A DNA stretch of 64,000 nt from contig CAWCPV010000002.1 of NCBI GenBank assembly GCA_963797555.1, positions 192,001-256,000 on the forward strand. Direction: 5' to 3'. Position numbers and translations under genes: made by a program. Shown here piece by piece: positions 21,278-31,163 of this stretch. The DNA is from an uncultured Gammaproteobacteria bacterium (GTDB lineage Bacteria; Pseudomonadota; Gammaproteobacteria; CAWCPV01). The stretch's first letter is position 1; each line of letters starts with the position of its first letter. Under the pieces are notes generated by a model. The model had not been told where the DNA came from. It saw only the letters and a list, made by a program, of their open reading frames with translations, and searched no databases.

Positions 21278-24200
21278 GCGCCCACGAGCGGCTGCTCCGG
21301 CTCGCTGGGCTCTGCGGCATCGAGGCGGAGTATCAGGATGTCTGGGGTGAAACACGGCGCGTCCCCAAAGCCACCCTGCGCGCCTTGCTCAAGGCGATGG
21401 GCATCGCTGTCGCCACCGATGCCGCGGTCGGAGCCGCGCTGGCCGAGAGGGAGGGCCGGGCACGCTGCCGCCTCACGCCCGCGGTCGTCGTGGCTCGGGA
21501 GCGGCAGCCCGAGCTGTGGGTGCCGGTGTGCCTGCCCAAGGCCGCTGCCGGCCAGGCGTTCCGGTGCACGCTGCGGGAGGAGGGGGGACGGGAGCATGCG
21601 TTCAGCTTCTGCGGCGCCGGCCTCCCCGCGGAAGAGGAGTACGAGGTGGGCGGCAATCCCTATGTACGCTACCGCCTGTCGCTTCCCATACGCCCCCCGC
21701 TCGGGTATCACCGCCTGGAGGTGCGCGCCGAAGGCGGCGACCGCAGCGCCATCACGCAGTTCGTCTTGACTCCTGAGACATGCTACTTGCCCGAAGCGGT
21801 GCGGGCGGACAAGCGGGTCTGGGGCCCTGCTATCCAGCTCTATGCCCTGCGCTCTCGCCGCAACTGGGGCGTGGGGGATTTCGGAGACGTTCATAGCCTG
21901 GTGGACTGCTGTGTCGGGATGGGGGCGGATATCGTGGGCTTGAGCCCGCTGCACGCGCTATTTCCACACAACCCGTCCCATGCCAGCCCTTACGGCCCCT
22001 CCAGCCGCCTGTTTTTGAACGTCCTGTACCTGGATGTGGAAGCCGTCCCCGAATTCGCCGAATGCGATGCCGCTGCCCAGCTAGTGCGCTCGCGGGAGTT
22101 CCAACAGCACCTGCAAGTCTTGCGCAACCAAGAGCTGGTGGATTGGCCCGGCGTCGCGGCGGCCAAGCTGCGCGTCCTGGAGATCCTGTACCGCTGTTTC
22201 CGGGACCGGCAACTGTCGGCAGATTTGCCCCGCGGACGCACCTTCCGCGCCTACCAGGCTGAGGGTGGCACGCCCCTCCACCAGCACGCTGTTTTCGATG
22301 CGCTGCAGGAGCATCTGCACCGGGACGACCCCCGCATCTGGGGCTGGCCGGCATGGCCCGAGGAATTTCGGGACCCGGGAGCCCCAGCCGTGAGCCAGTT
22401 CGCCGCCATCCATTGCGAGCGGGTCGAATTCTACCAGTATCTGCAATGGCTCGTGGACGGCCAATTGGCGGCCGTGGGCGGCCGCTCGATGGAGCACGGC
22501 CTGGGCGTCGGCCTTTACTTCGATCTCGCTCTCAGCGTGGACCCCGGCGGGTCCGAAGCCTGGTCGCACCAGGGGCTGTATGCGCCGGACGTGACCATCG
22601 GGGCGCCCCCCGACGGGTTCAACCTCAACGGTCAGAATTGGGGCTTGCTGGCACCGACCCCCGAACGCCTCGTCGAGTCGGCCTATCAGCCGTTCATCCG
22701 CATCCTACGGCGCAACATGCGACAAGCGGGGGCGATACGGCTCGACCACGTCATGAGCCTGATGCGGCTCTTTTGGATTCCGGCAGGCGCGAGTCCGGCC
22801 GATGGTGCCTACGTGCGCTATCCGTTGCGGGACCTGCTCGGGATCCTGGCCTTGGAGAGCCAGCGTAGTCGCTGTCTGGTGGTAGGCGAAGACCTGGGCA
22901 CGGTGCCCGACACGCTCCGCGAGACCCTCGCCGCGGCAGGAGTGCTCTCTTGCCGCGTTCTTTACTTCGAGAAAAACCCTTCAGGCCGGTACAAGCCGCC
23001 CGGAGACTATCCTCCCGAGGCGCTGGTCGCCGTCACGACCCACGACCTTCCCACGTTGGCGGGGTTCTGGCAGGGACGTGACTTGGCGATACGGCGCGAG
23101 CTGGGTCTATTCCCCACCGAGGAGGTGCGTGAGCAGCAGATCCTGTCCAGGGCGACGGATCGTGCGGCGTTGTTGCTGGCCCTGGAGCGGGAGGGGCTGC
23201 TGCCGGATGGGATGAGTGCCGACCCGGCGTCGCTGCCGGAGATGACGCCGGCCCTTGTGCGCGCGGTACATCTCTTCATCGCGCGCAGCCCCGCGAAAAT
23301 CCTCACGGTCCAGTTGGAAAACGTCCTCGGACAGGCGCGTCAGGCGAACCTGCCGGGCACCAGCGATGAGTACCCAAACTGGCGCGGCAAGCTCGACATC
23401 TATCTCGAGGACCTGTTGACCGACCTCCGGGTGCGTAAGCTCAGCGACGACCTCAGGAGTGTCCGTGGAACAGTTCGTGCGGCTGCGGTGGCTCCCGCTG
23501 GACCGACGGCGCCGCTCCCCGCCCGCATCCCGCGCGCCACCTACCGGCTACAGTTCAATTGGGCGTTCACCTTCGGGCACGCGGCGGACCTCGTGCCGTA
23601 CCTGGAGGCGCTCGGAATCAGTCACTGCTATGCGTCCCCTTATCTGCGTGCCCGCCCGGGCAGCCCCCACGGTTACGATATCATCGACCACACCTCTCTG
23701 AACCCCGAGATCGGCAGCACCGAGGACTACACGCTTTTCGTGAGCACCCTGCACCGGTGTGGCATGGGGCAGATTCTGGATGTGGTGCCGAACCATATGG
23801 GCGTCGGAGGCAGTGACAACGCCTGGTGGCTGGGAGTCCTGGAGAACGGTCCCGCGTCCGTTTACGCACAGTTCTTCGACATCGACTGGGAGGCAGCCAA
23901 GCCGGAGTTGCGGGGCAAGGTCCTGCTGCCGACGCTCGGTGATCACTACGGAGCAGTTATCGAAAAGGGCGAACTGCAGCTACGCTTCGACGCCACGCGC
24001 GGCGAGCTCAGCGTGTTCTACTACGAGCATCGTTTTCCCATCGACCCCGTGACCTATCCCCAGGTCCTGGGTCACCGCATCGAGCGATTGGTTCTGGCCC
24101 TCGGGCCAGAAAGCCCCCCGCTATTGGAGTTCCAGAGCCTGGTGACGGCCTTCGAGCAGTTGCCGCCACGACGCGACACCCGTCCGCAGAGGGTCATGGA

Positions 24201-26448
24201 GCGGGACCGCGATAAAGAGATCCGTAAACAACATCTGGTCAGACTTTGCGACGCCAGTTCCGATATTCGGCGTTTCATTGAAGGCAGCGTCAGGGAGTTC
24301 AACGGTCAGGCCGGCGAACCGGCTAGCTTCGACCTGCTGCACCATCTGCTGGAAGCGCAGGCCTATCGGCTGGCCTACTGGCGTGTCGCTTCGGACGAGA
24401 TCAACTACCGACGCTTTTTCAACGTCAACGACCTAGCCGGACTCAGGATCGAGAACGAGCAGGTGTTCGAGGCCACCCACAGCCTGCTGCGGGATCTCGT
24501 CGCGCATGGTGACCTCGACGGCCTGCGCATCGACCACCCGGACGGGCTGCAAAACCCCTTGCAATACTACCAGCGCCTGGCGCGCTATGCGGTTCAGCCG
24601 CTGGTCACGCCCCTCGGGGCGGACGCTGGAGGTGATTCGAAGGGCTCCAGGCCCGGCGCCCTCTACGTGGTGGTCGAGAAGATCCTGGCCAGTTACGAGC
24701 ACCTTCCGGAGGAGTGGCCGGTCCACGGAACTACCGGGTACGAATTCGCCAATCAGGTCAACGGGGTGCTGATCTACGCCGGATCGGAGCAGCAGATGGA
24801 CCAAACGTACGCCCAGTTCACTGGGCAACGGTTGGACTTCGACGATCTGCTGTACGAACGCAAAAAGCTGATCATGAAGGTGGCACTTGCGAGCGAGCTG
24901 AACGTGCTGGCGAACCAGTTGGAGCGTATCTCGGAGGAGGATCGCCACACCCGCGACTATACCCTCATCGGGTTGCGCGATGCGTTAATAGAAGTCGTCG
25001 CTTGCTTTCCCGTTTACCGAACCTATGTGAGTGCAGACCAGATCAGCGCAGACGACCGGCGTTATGTGGAGTGGGCGGTGGCCCGAGCCAAGAACCGCAA
25101 TCCTGCGGTGGACGTCACGATTTTCGACTTCATCCGCAGCGCCTTGCTCCCTGAGCCGGCGACGGTGCAAAGCGAGGCCGCACGAGGGGAACTGGCAGCG
25201 TTCGCCATGAAATTCCAACAGTACACGTCGCCGGTAATGGCCAAAGGGCTCGAGGACACGTCCTTCTACATTTACAACCGCCTCGTGTCCCTGAACGAGG
25301 TCGGGGGCGATCCGCGGCGTTACGGGATATCGACGGCGGCATTTCACCGGGGCAACCAGGACCGGCTGCGCCGCTGGCCTCACACCATGCTGGGGACCTC
25401 GACTCATGACAGCAAGCGCAGCGAGGACGTGCGTGCCCGCATAGATGTGCTGAGCGAGATTCCCGCCGAGTGGCGGAGACAGCTCTCCCGATGGGCGCGC
25501 CTCAATCGTCGCAGGAAACGCATCGCCGAGGGCCGGCCCGCGCCGTCGCGCAATGACGAGTATCTGCTTTACCAGACGCTGGTCGGTGCTTGGCCGGTCG
25601 AGCCACTCGATACGCCCGCGCTGGAAGACTTTCGCGAACGCATCGCCGCTTATATGCTGAAGGCGGTGCGCGAGGCCAAAATCCATACCAGTTGGGTGAA
25701 TCCTCATCAGGAATACGAGGAGGCGCTGTTGCATTTCGTGCGCAGCCTCCTGTCCGGTCCGGACAAGAATCCGTTTCTTGCGGCATTCGAACCGTTCCAG
25801 CGACGCGTATCGCGTTTCGGCATGTTCAACAGCCTCAGCCAGGTGCTGCTCAAGTTGACCTCCCCCGGCGTGCCGGATATCTACCAGGGCAACGAGCTGT
25901 GGGACTTCAGTCTGGTGGACCCGGACAACCGCCGTCCCGTGGACTACGTGCGCCGCAGGGAGATGCTGGAAGGGCTGCGCCAGCTCGCCTCCGGCCCTCG
26001 AGAAGAGCGAACGGCTGCCGCGCGTGATCTCTCTCAGACCCTGGAGGACGGTCGTTCCAAGCTATACCTGACGTGGCAGGTTCTCAGCCTGCGCAGGGAA
26101 TGGGCAGAGCTGTTCGAGCAGGGTGATTATGTGCCCCTGTCCAGCGATGGTGTCCACGCCGACCACTTGTGTGCGTTCGCGCGCACGCACGGGGGTCGGG
26201 GCGTAGTCACCGTGGTCCCACGCTGGTGCGCCAGGCTGAGCGAACAATCCAAGAGCGCGATGCCCTTGGGGTCCATATGGGGCGATACGTACATCGAGGC
26301 CCCCGCGTTCGCGGGCGCTGCACACTACGAGAACGTGTTTACGGGCGAGACCGTTGCAGTGCAGACCCACAACGAGCGCTCGCTGTTATCGGCAGGAGAC
26401 GTCCTCGCAAACTTCCCCGTGGCGCTGCTGCGCATTAGCGCAGGCTAA
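21274..26448 (+). CDS. treY: 4-alpha-glucanotransferase (MalQ) fused to malto-oligosyltrehalose synthase (TreY)
   Basis: N-half has GH77 motifs (SPYGPSSR, IRLDHVM, GEDLG, TTHDLPT). C-half has TreY motifs (PRATYRLQF, INYRRFF, GLRIDHPDGL, THDSKRSED). Confidence 0.93.
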   Translation: MSAHERLLRLAGLCGIEAEYQDVWGETRRVPKATLRALLKAMGIAVATDAAVGAALAEREGRARCRLTPAVVVARERQPELWVPVCLPKAAAGQAFRCTLREEGGREHAFSFCGAGLPAEEEYEVGGNPYVRYRLSLPIRPPLGYHRLEVRAEGGDRSAITQFVLTPETCYLPEAVRADKRVWGPAIQLYALRSRRNWGVGDFGDVHSLVDCCVGMGADIVGLSPLHALFPHNPSHASPYGPSSRLFLNVLYLDVEAVPEFAECDAAAQLVRSREFQQHLQVLRNQELVDWPGVAAAKLRVLEILYRCFRDRQLSADLPRGRTFRAYQAEGGTPLHQHAVFDALQEHLHRDDPRIWGWPAWPEEFRDPGAPAVSQFAAIHCERVEFYQYLQWLVDGQLAAVGGRSMEHGLGVGLYFDLALSVDPGGSEAWSHQGLYAPDVTIGAPPDGFNLNGQNWGLLAPTPERLVESAYQPFIRILRRNMRQAGAIRLDHVMSLMRLFWIPAGASPADGAYVRYPLRDLLGILALESQRSRCLVVGEDLGTVPDTLRETLAAAGVLSCRVLYFEKNPSGRYKPPGDYPPEALVAVTTHDLPTLAGFWQGRDLAIRRELGLFPTEEVREQQILSRATDRAALLLALEREGLLPDGMSADPASLPEMTPALVRAVHLFIARSPAKILTVQLENVLGQARQANLPGTSDEYPNWRGKLDIYLEDLLTDLRVRKLSDDLRSVRGTVRAAAVAPAGPTAPLPARIPRATYRLQFNWAFTFGHAADLVPYLEALGISHCYASPYLRARPGSPHGYDIIDHTSLNPEIGSTEDYTLFVSTLHRCGMGQILDVVPNHMGVGGSDNAWWLGVLENGPASVYAQFFDIDWEAAKPELRGKVLLPTLGDHYGAVIEKGELQLRFDATRGELSVFYYEHRFPIDPVTYPQVLGHRIERLVLALGPESPPLLEFQSLVTAFEQLPPRRDTRPQRVMERDRDKEIRKQHLVRLCDASSDIRRFIEGSVREFNGQAGEPASFDLLHHLLEAQAYRLAYWRVASDEINYRRFFNVNDLAGLRIENEQVFEATHSLLRDLVAHGDLDGLRIDHPDGLQNPLQYYQRLARYAVQPLVTPLGADAGGDSKGSRPGALYVVVEKILASYEHLPEEWPVHGTTGYEFANQVNGVLIYAGSEQQMDQTYAQFTGQRLDFDDLLYERKKLIMKVALASELNVLANQLERISEEDRHTRDYTLIGLRDALIEVVACFPVYRTYVSADQISADDRRYVEWAVARAKNRNPAVDVTIFDFIRSALLPEPATVQSEAARGELAAFAMKFQQYTSPVMAKGLEDTSFYIYNRLVSLNEVGGDPRRYGISTAAFHRGNQDRLRRWPHTMLGTSTHDSKRSEDVRARIDVLSEIPAEWRRQLSRWARLNRRRKRIAEGRPAPSRNDEYLLYQTLVGAWPVEPLDTPALEDFRERIAAYMLKAVREAKIHTSWVNPHQEYEEALLHFVRSLLSGPDKNPFLAAFEPFQRRVSRFGMFNSLSQVLLKLTSPGVPDIYQGNELWDFSLVDPDNRRPVDYVRRREMLEGLRQLASGPREERTAAARDLSQTLEDGRSKLYLTWQVLSLRREWAELFEQGDYVPLSSDGVHADHLCAFARTHGGRGVVTVVPRWCARLSEQSKSAMPLGSIWGDTYIEAPAFAGAAHYENVFTGETVAVQTHNERSLLSAGDVLANFPVALLRISAG

Positions 26449-26474
26449 GGAAATTGCACCGAGGGCAGGAGAGA

Positions 26475-26500
26475 GGCGCACCCCTAGCGCGAGGTGCGCC
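26475..26500 (+). terminator. Hairpin after the glucan operon
   Basis: Perfect 8-bp stem GGCGCACC-N10-GGTGCGCC, 26 bp after the stop; no U-tract. Confidence 0.45.
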
Positions 26501-26509
26501 GTGCGCTTC

Positions 26510-27338
26510 GCGTCAACTTGATTGGCAGCATCTCGAACAAGACCGGGCGCGTCTGTTCTCGCTCATCAGTCACAATTCCTCTCGTCAGCCACGAGATCAT
26601 CGAAGCTCGATCTTGTTCCACTTGCTAGTTCCCGGGGGAAAGTGGCAGACCGAAATGGCAAGCTGCATCTCGTTGGCCAGACGCTGCAGCTCGCGCTTCC
26701 AAAGCCGCAGCCGATAACCGTTGCTGCCGCCCCCGTCAGCGGTGATCAATAATTGAGCGTGGGGATACCTCGCGTAGCCCATCGAGTGCCACCAAGACCG
26801 GCAGTATCATGATCGACGCCCAGGCTCATTGCTCGCGAGTCAAAGCGCCTGGTAGGTTTTCACCCGCTGACTGAGGTGCTCAAACTGGGCGTCGCGATCC
26901 GCCTGGCTCGCGCCTTCCAACATCTTCTAATTGATTTGCAAGGCTGTGACCCAACTCGTGCAGCAATTCGGCCACCAGCGTCGGATTACTTCGGTGCCCC
27001 ATGCGCCTGAGCTCATCGGAGAGCTTGCGAACGCTCTTGCTGGTCCAACGCAAGGGCGATTCGAAATGCCGGTCCCGCCAAGCCTCTGAGGGTTGGGTGC
27101 TTGTCCACGGCTCGCTTGCGCCCGCCGCCCGGCTTGCGGATGCGTCTTGGCGGCCTCCTGGCTGTTTTAGCCCTTCACATCTTGGCGCAACGGCACTGCG
27201 CGAAATACCTGTCTGTCGAGCAACGAGCGATATCCCGCCGTAACCGCTCACCTCTGCCGCGGCAACGAGTCGCCGCAAGCGTTCGTACAGAAAAGGCGCC
27301 AACGCCAAGAAGTGTCTCCCCACCAGCGCAGCATCCAT
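26510..27338 (-). pseudogene. ISAzo13-family transposase remnant in several pieces
   Basis: LLITADGGGSNGYRLRLWKRELQ..CHFPPGTSKWNKIE and ESPLRWTSKSVRKL. Confidence 0.85.
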
Positions 27339-27362
27339 GCCCCGCAGCGCAGCATCCAGGCG

Positions 27363-28448
27363 CTAGTGTAGTGCTTCATTCTGTTTAGAACTTAAACGTG
27401 CGTTGGCGCGGATGACCTTCTGCAGGATGTCCTTAGCCTTGGCGGTCCAGATGAAGGGTTTGGGATTGGCGTTGTGGGCATCGACATAGCGGTTGATGGC
27501 ATGGATCAACTCGGGGACGCTTCGAAACACGCCACGGCGCAACCGATCCACAGTCAGGTCGCGGAAGAATCGCTCGACCATGTTCGACCAGGATGCTGAG
27601 GTGGGCGTGAAATGGATGTGGAAACGCGGGTGTTTTCCCAGCCATTTCTGAACGTTGGGATGTTTGTGGGTGGCGTAGTTGTCGCAGACCAAGTGCAGTT
27701 CCTTGTCCTTGGGCGTCTCGCGGTCGATTTGGCGCAGGAAGGTGAGCCACTCCGTGTGGCGATGGTGCGGCTCGCAGCGGGCAATCACGGAACCCTCCAA
27801 GGTGTTCAGGGCAGCAAACAGTGTCGTGGTGCCATGGCGCTTGTAGTCATGGGTCATGGTCGCAGCCCGCCCCTTCTTCAGCGGCAGGCCAGGTTGGGTA
27901 CGATCCAGCGCCTGAACCTGACTCTTCTCGTCGCAGCACAACACCAAAGCATGCTCCGGGGGGGACAGATACAGCCCGACGATGTCCTCCAACTTCTCGG
28001 TGAATTTCGGGTCGCGCGATACCTTGAAGGATTCGACACGATGCGGCTTCAGCCCATGGGCATGCCACACGCGCAGCACCGTGGTGTCGCTCACTCCCAT
28101 TTCCTTAGCCAGGGTCCGCGTACTCCACTGTGTCGCTGCTAAGGGCTGGGTCTGAGTCGTGCGTCGCACGATCTCGGCGGCATCCACCTTGGGCTGACGA
28201 CCTCCGCGCGGCAGGTCACACTCGATGGCCGCCAGCCCGCCTTGCGCATAGCGCTCCCGCCAACGCCCAACCTGCACACGCCCAATCTTGAGTTCCGCCG
28301 CGATGGCCTTGTTCTCCATGCCCACCGCCGCCAACAGCACAATGCGCGCTCGGCGGGCCAGCCTCACACTCGTGGTGTTCGAACGCGACACACGCCTCAG
28401 GCTCCGCTGTTCTTCCGCGCTCAGTCGGACCATCGGGGCTACTCGCAT
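27363..28448 (-). CDS. IS630-family DDE transposase, apparently intact
   Basis: CDEKSQVQALDR, HDYKRHGTTTLFAAL, DNYATHK and SWSNMVERFF. Confidence 0.95.
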   Translation of the reverse strand: MRVAPMVRLSAEEQRSLRRVSRSNTTSVRLARRARIVLLAAVGMENKAIAAELKIGRVQVGRWRERYAQGGLAAIECDLPRGGRQPKVDAAEIVRRTTQTQPLAATQWSTRTLAKEMGVSDTTVLRVWHAHGLKPHRVESFKVSRDPKFTEKLEDIVGLYLSPPEHALVLCCDEKSQVQALDRTQPGLPLKKGRAATMTHDYKRHGTTTLFAALNTLEGSVIARCEPHHRHTEWLTFLRQIDRETPKDKELHLVCDNYATHKHPNVQKWLGKHPRFHIHFTPTSASWSNMVERFFRDLTVDRLRRGVFRSVPELIHAINRYVDAHNANPKPFIWTAKAKDILQKVIRANARLSSKQNEALH

Positions 28449-28529
28449 CAGTGCTCTCCTGTCTTGGCTTCATAGCCCTGGACAGCGATAGATCATATAT
28501 GTTCCGTTAATTACCAAGCACTACACTAG
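27363..28529 (-). mobile_element. IS630-family insertion sequence
   Basis: Inverted ends CTAGTGTAGTGCTT (27363-27376) and AAGCACTACACTAG (28516-28529), with CTAG at both ends. The transposase stop lies in the terminal CTAG. Confidence 0.9.
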
Positions 28530-28557
28530 GTTGATACAGTTATTTCACGACAGTCTC

Positions 28558-28872
28558 TCAGCTCAGGTCGCTCAGCGATCTCCCGCTGGCCAGCCATTCC
28601 TTCACCCAGTTGGGCTGACGGCCCTGGCCGGCCCAGGTCTTGCTCGCATCGTGGGGATGGCGGTATTTCACGGGCTTTTGGTCAGTCCCCTTTCCCTTCG
28701 ACGACCTGGGTGCGCGGAGTAGCTCGCTCAGGGTAAACCCGCGCTCCTCCGCATACTTCTTGATCTGGTCCAGCGTCTTTTTCTTGTTGGCCTTGCGGCG
28801 CCTCTCGATCTCCGTGTTGGCATCCTTCACCAGTCCACGCAGCTCCTCGATGTTCAGCTTGGACAAATCCAT
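28558..28872 (-). CDS. hns: H-NS family nucleoid protein
   Basis: N-terminal coiled coil and C-terminal KYRHP..TWAGQGRQPNW motif. Confidence 0.9.
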   Translation of the reverse strand: MDLSKLNIEELRGLVKDANTEIERRRKANKKKTLDQIKKYAEERGFTLSELLRAPRSSKGKGTDQKPVKYRHPHDASKTWAGQGRQPNWVKEWLASGRSLSDLS

Positions 28873-29083
28873 GGCAGCTCCTCGTTTGTGGCTTATCGCT
28901 CAAGAAAGAATAGCGCAACAACGGACATCATTGTAAGTGTCGACAAACAATTTTCAAATAGGCGGCAGAGGTTGGGGTCAAGTCGGGAATTGCCCGCCTG
29001 ATCTAGGGGTCCGGCGGCTACGGGACAATGCAGTGTTGTACAGTGAGAGCCTGTGAATTTATCGATCTCGGCGTTTCTGGTGA

Positions 29084-29224
29084 GAGCTTGTGAATAAATC
29101 TGCTGCGCGTCCCGATAGCCGCGTTGCGCGGTGCTCGCTCCTCGCCTATCTACTTGATATGTCTCGTCGCTGCGCTCCGTGCGCCATGCTCTCGGGCCGC
29201 TCGCGACGATTTCTTCACAAGCTC
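29084..29224. mobile_element. MITE-like palindromic element, about 141 bp
   Basis: Ends GAGCTTGTGAATAAATC and GATTTCTTCACAAGCTC, internal imperfect palindrome, TGA on both flanks. A related end GAGCCTGTGAA lies at about 29047. Confidence 0.7.
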
Positions 29225-29329
29225 TGAGGCAAGATCGCCGCCCATAGCCGAGGTGGGCTGGGGGCACGTGGCTTGAGGTAACACCGAGCACCGCCTGGAT
29301 TGTCAGCCGAACAGGTCCCCTGACGACAG

Positions 29330-29970
29330 CGTCTCATCGCGGGGCTTGGGTGGCCGGCCAGCCTTGCCGCGGCTCGCCTTGCGTCCGAGTGCCGCTTCTA
29401 CTTGCAGCCGGAAGCGCTCGCCGCCGAGCGCGAGTTTTCGTTGGTGGCCAACCGGATCTCATCGACTGTCTCCGGATCGAGCTCGCTGCGGACTAGCAGC
29501 CGATACGCTTCACGGCGTGCGGTCTCCGAACGGCCAAGCGCGAGGTACTGGGCGTGCGGTACCACACACTCGGACGTTTTGCCTTCGGCGTTCGCTCGGT
29601 AGCTCGACAGCGGTAATGGCGCGGATCACTGACCCTCTGCGCCCGCACGGGATTCAGTTCGATGTAGCGGTAACAGGCCAGCACATAGTTCTCTTACTGC
29701 GCTACGCAGGATCGAAAGCGGCCCTCCCACAGCGTCCCGCTGCGCCCTTAGGTGCGATTAACGTACTGCACATAGCGCTGGCCCAGATGCTTCATCAACA
29801 GCGAAGCGCTGTCGGCTTTCTGCGGCGTGAGCAACAAGTGGACATGGTTGGTCATCAGTACGTAAGCGTGGACCGCGCAGGCGAACTTCGTTGCATTCTC
29901 GGCCAAGTGCTCCAAGTAGAGCATGTAGTCCTCGTCGCCGAGGCCGAGAACCTCTGAACGGCAGCGCATG
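29330..29970 (-). pseudogene. REP-associated/Y1 tyrosine transposase, degraded
   Basis: HAYVLMTNHVHLLLTP (HUH motif), GTLWEGRFRS and YRYIELNPVRA across several frames and stops. Confidence 0.85.
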
Positions 29971-30087
29971 CCCCGCCGGTGCGGTCCAAGTGGGTCATTC
30001 AAGGATTGGGGGCCACTTCAAACGTCCTGCCCTGTGGATGCGGAGGCGTTGGACTCGGTAAAGTGCATGACCATGCATGAAAGTCCG

Positions 30088-31080
30088 CTAACGCGTCGGG
30101 CCCCATTCGAGAGTGAAATGGCGGGGGAAGGGGGTTTCCAGTCCGTCGAGGCGCGTGTCGATCTGACCTGCACTGCCGGCCGCACGGCGCAGGCCAGGGA
30201 GCGCTAGCAGCGGCATCAGCATGGCGGGCAGCAGCGCGTGGTTGATGCGGTCGCCAAAACAAAGATGCACGCCGCGTCCCCAAAGCAGATATTGGCCCCA
30301 CGGCCGGTCGGTGCGCCATTTGTGCGGGTGCTGCACCGCTGCCTCGTCGTGCATCGATGACAGATTGGCGGCCAGCACCATGGTGTTCTTGGCGATGGCC
30401 GTGCCGCCCAGCGTACAATCGGCGACTGCGCGGCGGTAGATCACCGGGTTGACAGGGTTGAAGCGCAGCGCCTCCCAGATATGTCCGGCGACGAGTGTTT
30501 CGTTGCCCGCTTGCGCCGCAGCGGTGGCGCTGGCGAGGGCTCTCGGGCGGCGGAACAGTTCGTCGAGCGCGAAGCACGCGGCCTTTGACAGGGTGGGAAT
30601 GGCGCCGATCACGATACCGATCATGTTGCTGCGGATGCCGTCGCCCTGAAAGGCGACTTCGCCCGCGTCGCGCGCCGCGACCGCGCGAGCGATCAGCGTG
30701 TCTGGGGTAGGGGCGAGAACGGCCGCGTCGAGCGCTTCGCGGGTTTCGGCTGCGGCGGTCAATGCGGCGGCCTCGGCGGCGGCCTCCGCTGTCAGGTCGC
30801 TGAACAGATAGTGGAACATCGCCGTGGCCCAGGGGATCAGGTCGTCGACGGACGCCGTGTGCAGCCCGAAGTAGCGCTGCACCATCAGCGCGGGGATGCG
30901 GGCGGTCAGTCGCGACGGCAGGTCGATGCGGGCGCCGGCAACGGTGCCGGCATCAATGCCGGTTGGCGCGCCGGTGATCGCACTGACAGCTTCGGCCCGG
31001 ACCATCGGCAACACGATGCGCGCCAGGGCGACCGTGGTTGGCCGAGCCTGCCAGAAATCTCGGAACGGTCCCTCGGCGTC
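30088..31080 (-). pseudogene. Cytochrome P450, N-terminally truncated
   Basis: EALR (ExxR) and heme loop WGRGVHLCFG. No plausible start; the 5' side abuts the cas6 upstream region. Confidence 0.8.
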
Positions 31081-31083
31081 GGC

Positions 31084-31095
31084 CGCAAGCTTGCG
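31084..31095. promoter_or_regulatory. Palindrome CGCAAGCTTGCG upstream of cas6 (candidate operator)
   Basis: About 70 bp before the cas6 ATG; the same core recurs across the cas locus. Confidence 0.55.
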
Positions 31096-31163
31096 AGATT
31101 CGCTTGTGCTTCCGGGGCGTGGTCCTATAGGTTCTCTTGAAGACAAAAGGCAGAGGCGGCGTG

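Noticed and set aside
6212-26370. Long antisense and alternate-frame ORFs over phoH and the glucan operon (for example 6212-7855, 15373-17130, 17523-19295)
   Set aside because: Shadow ORFs typical of high-GC coding DNA; they have no motifs and overlap well-supported genes.
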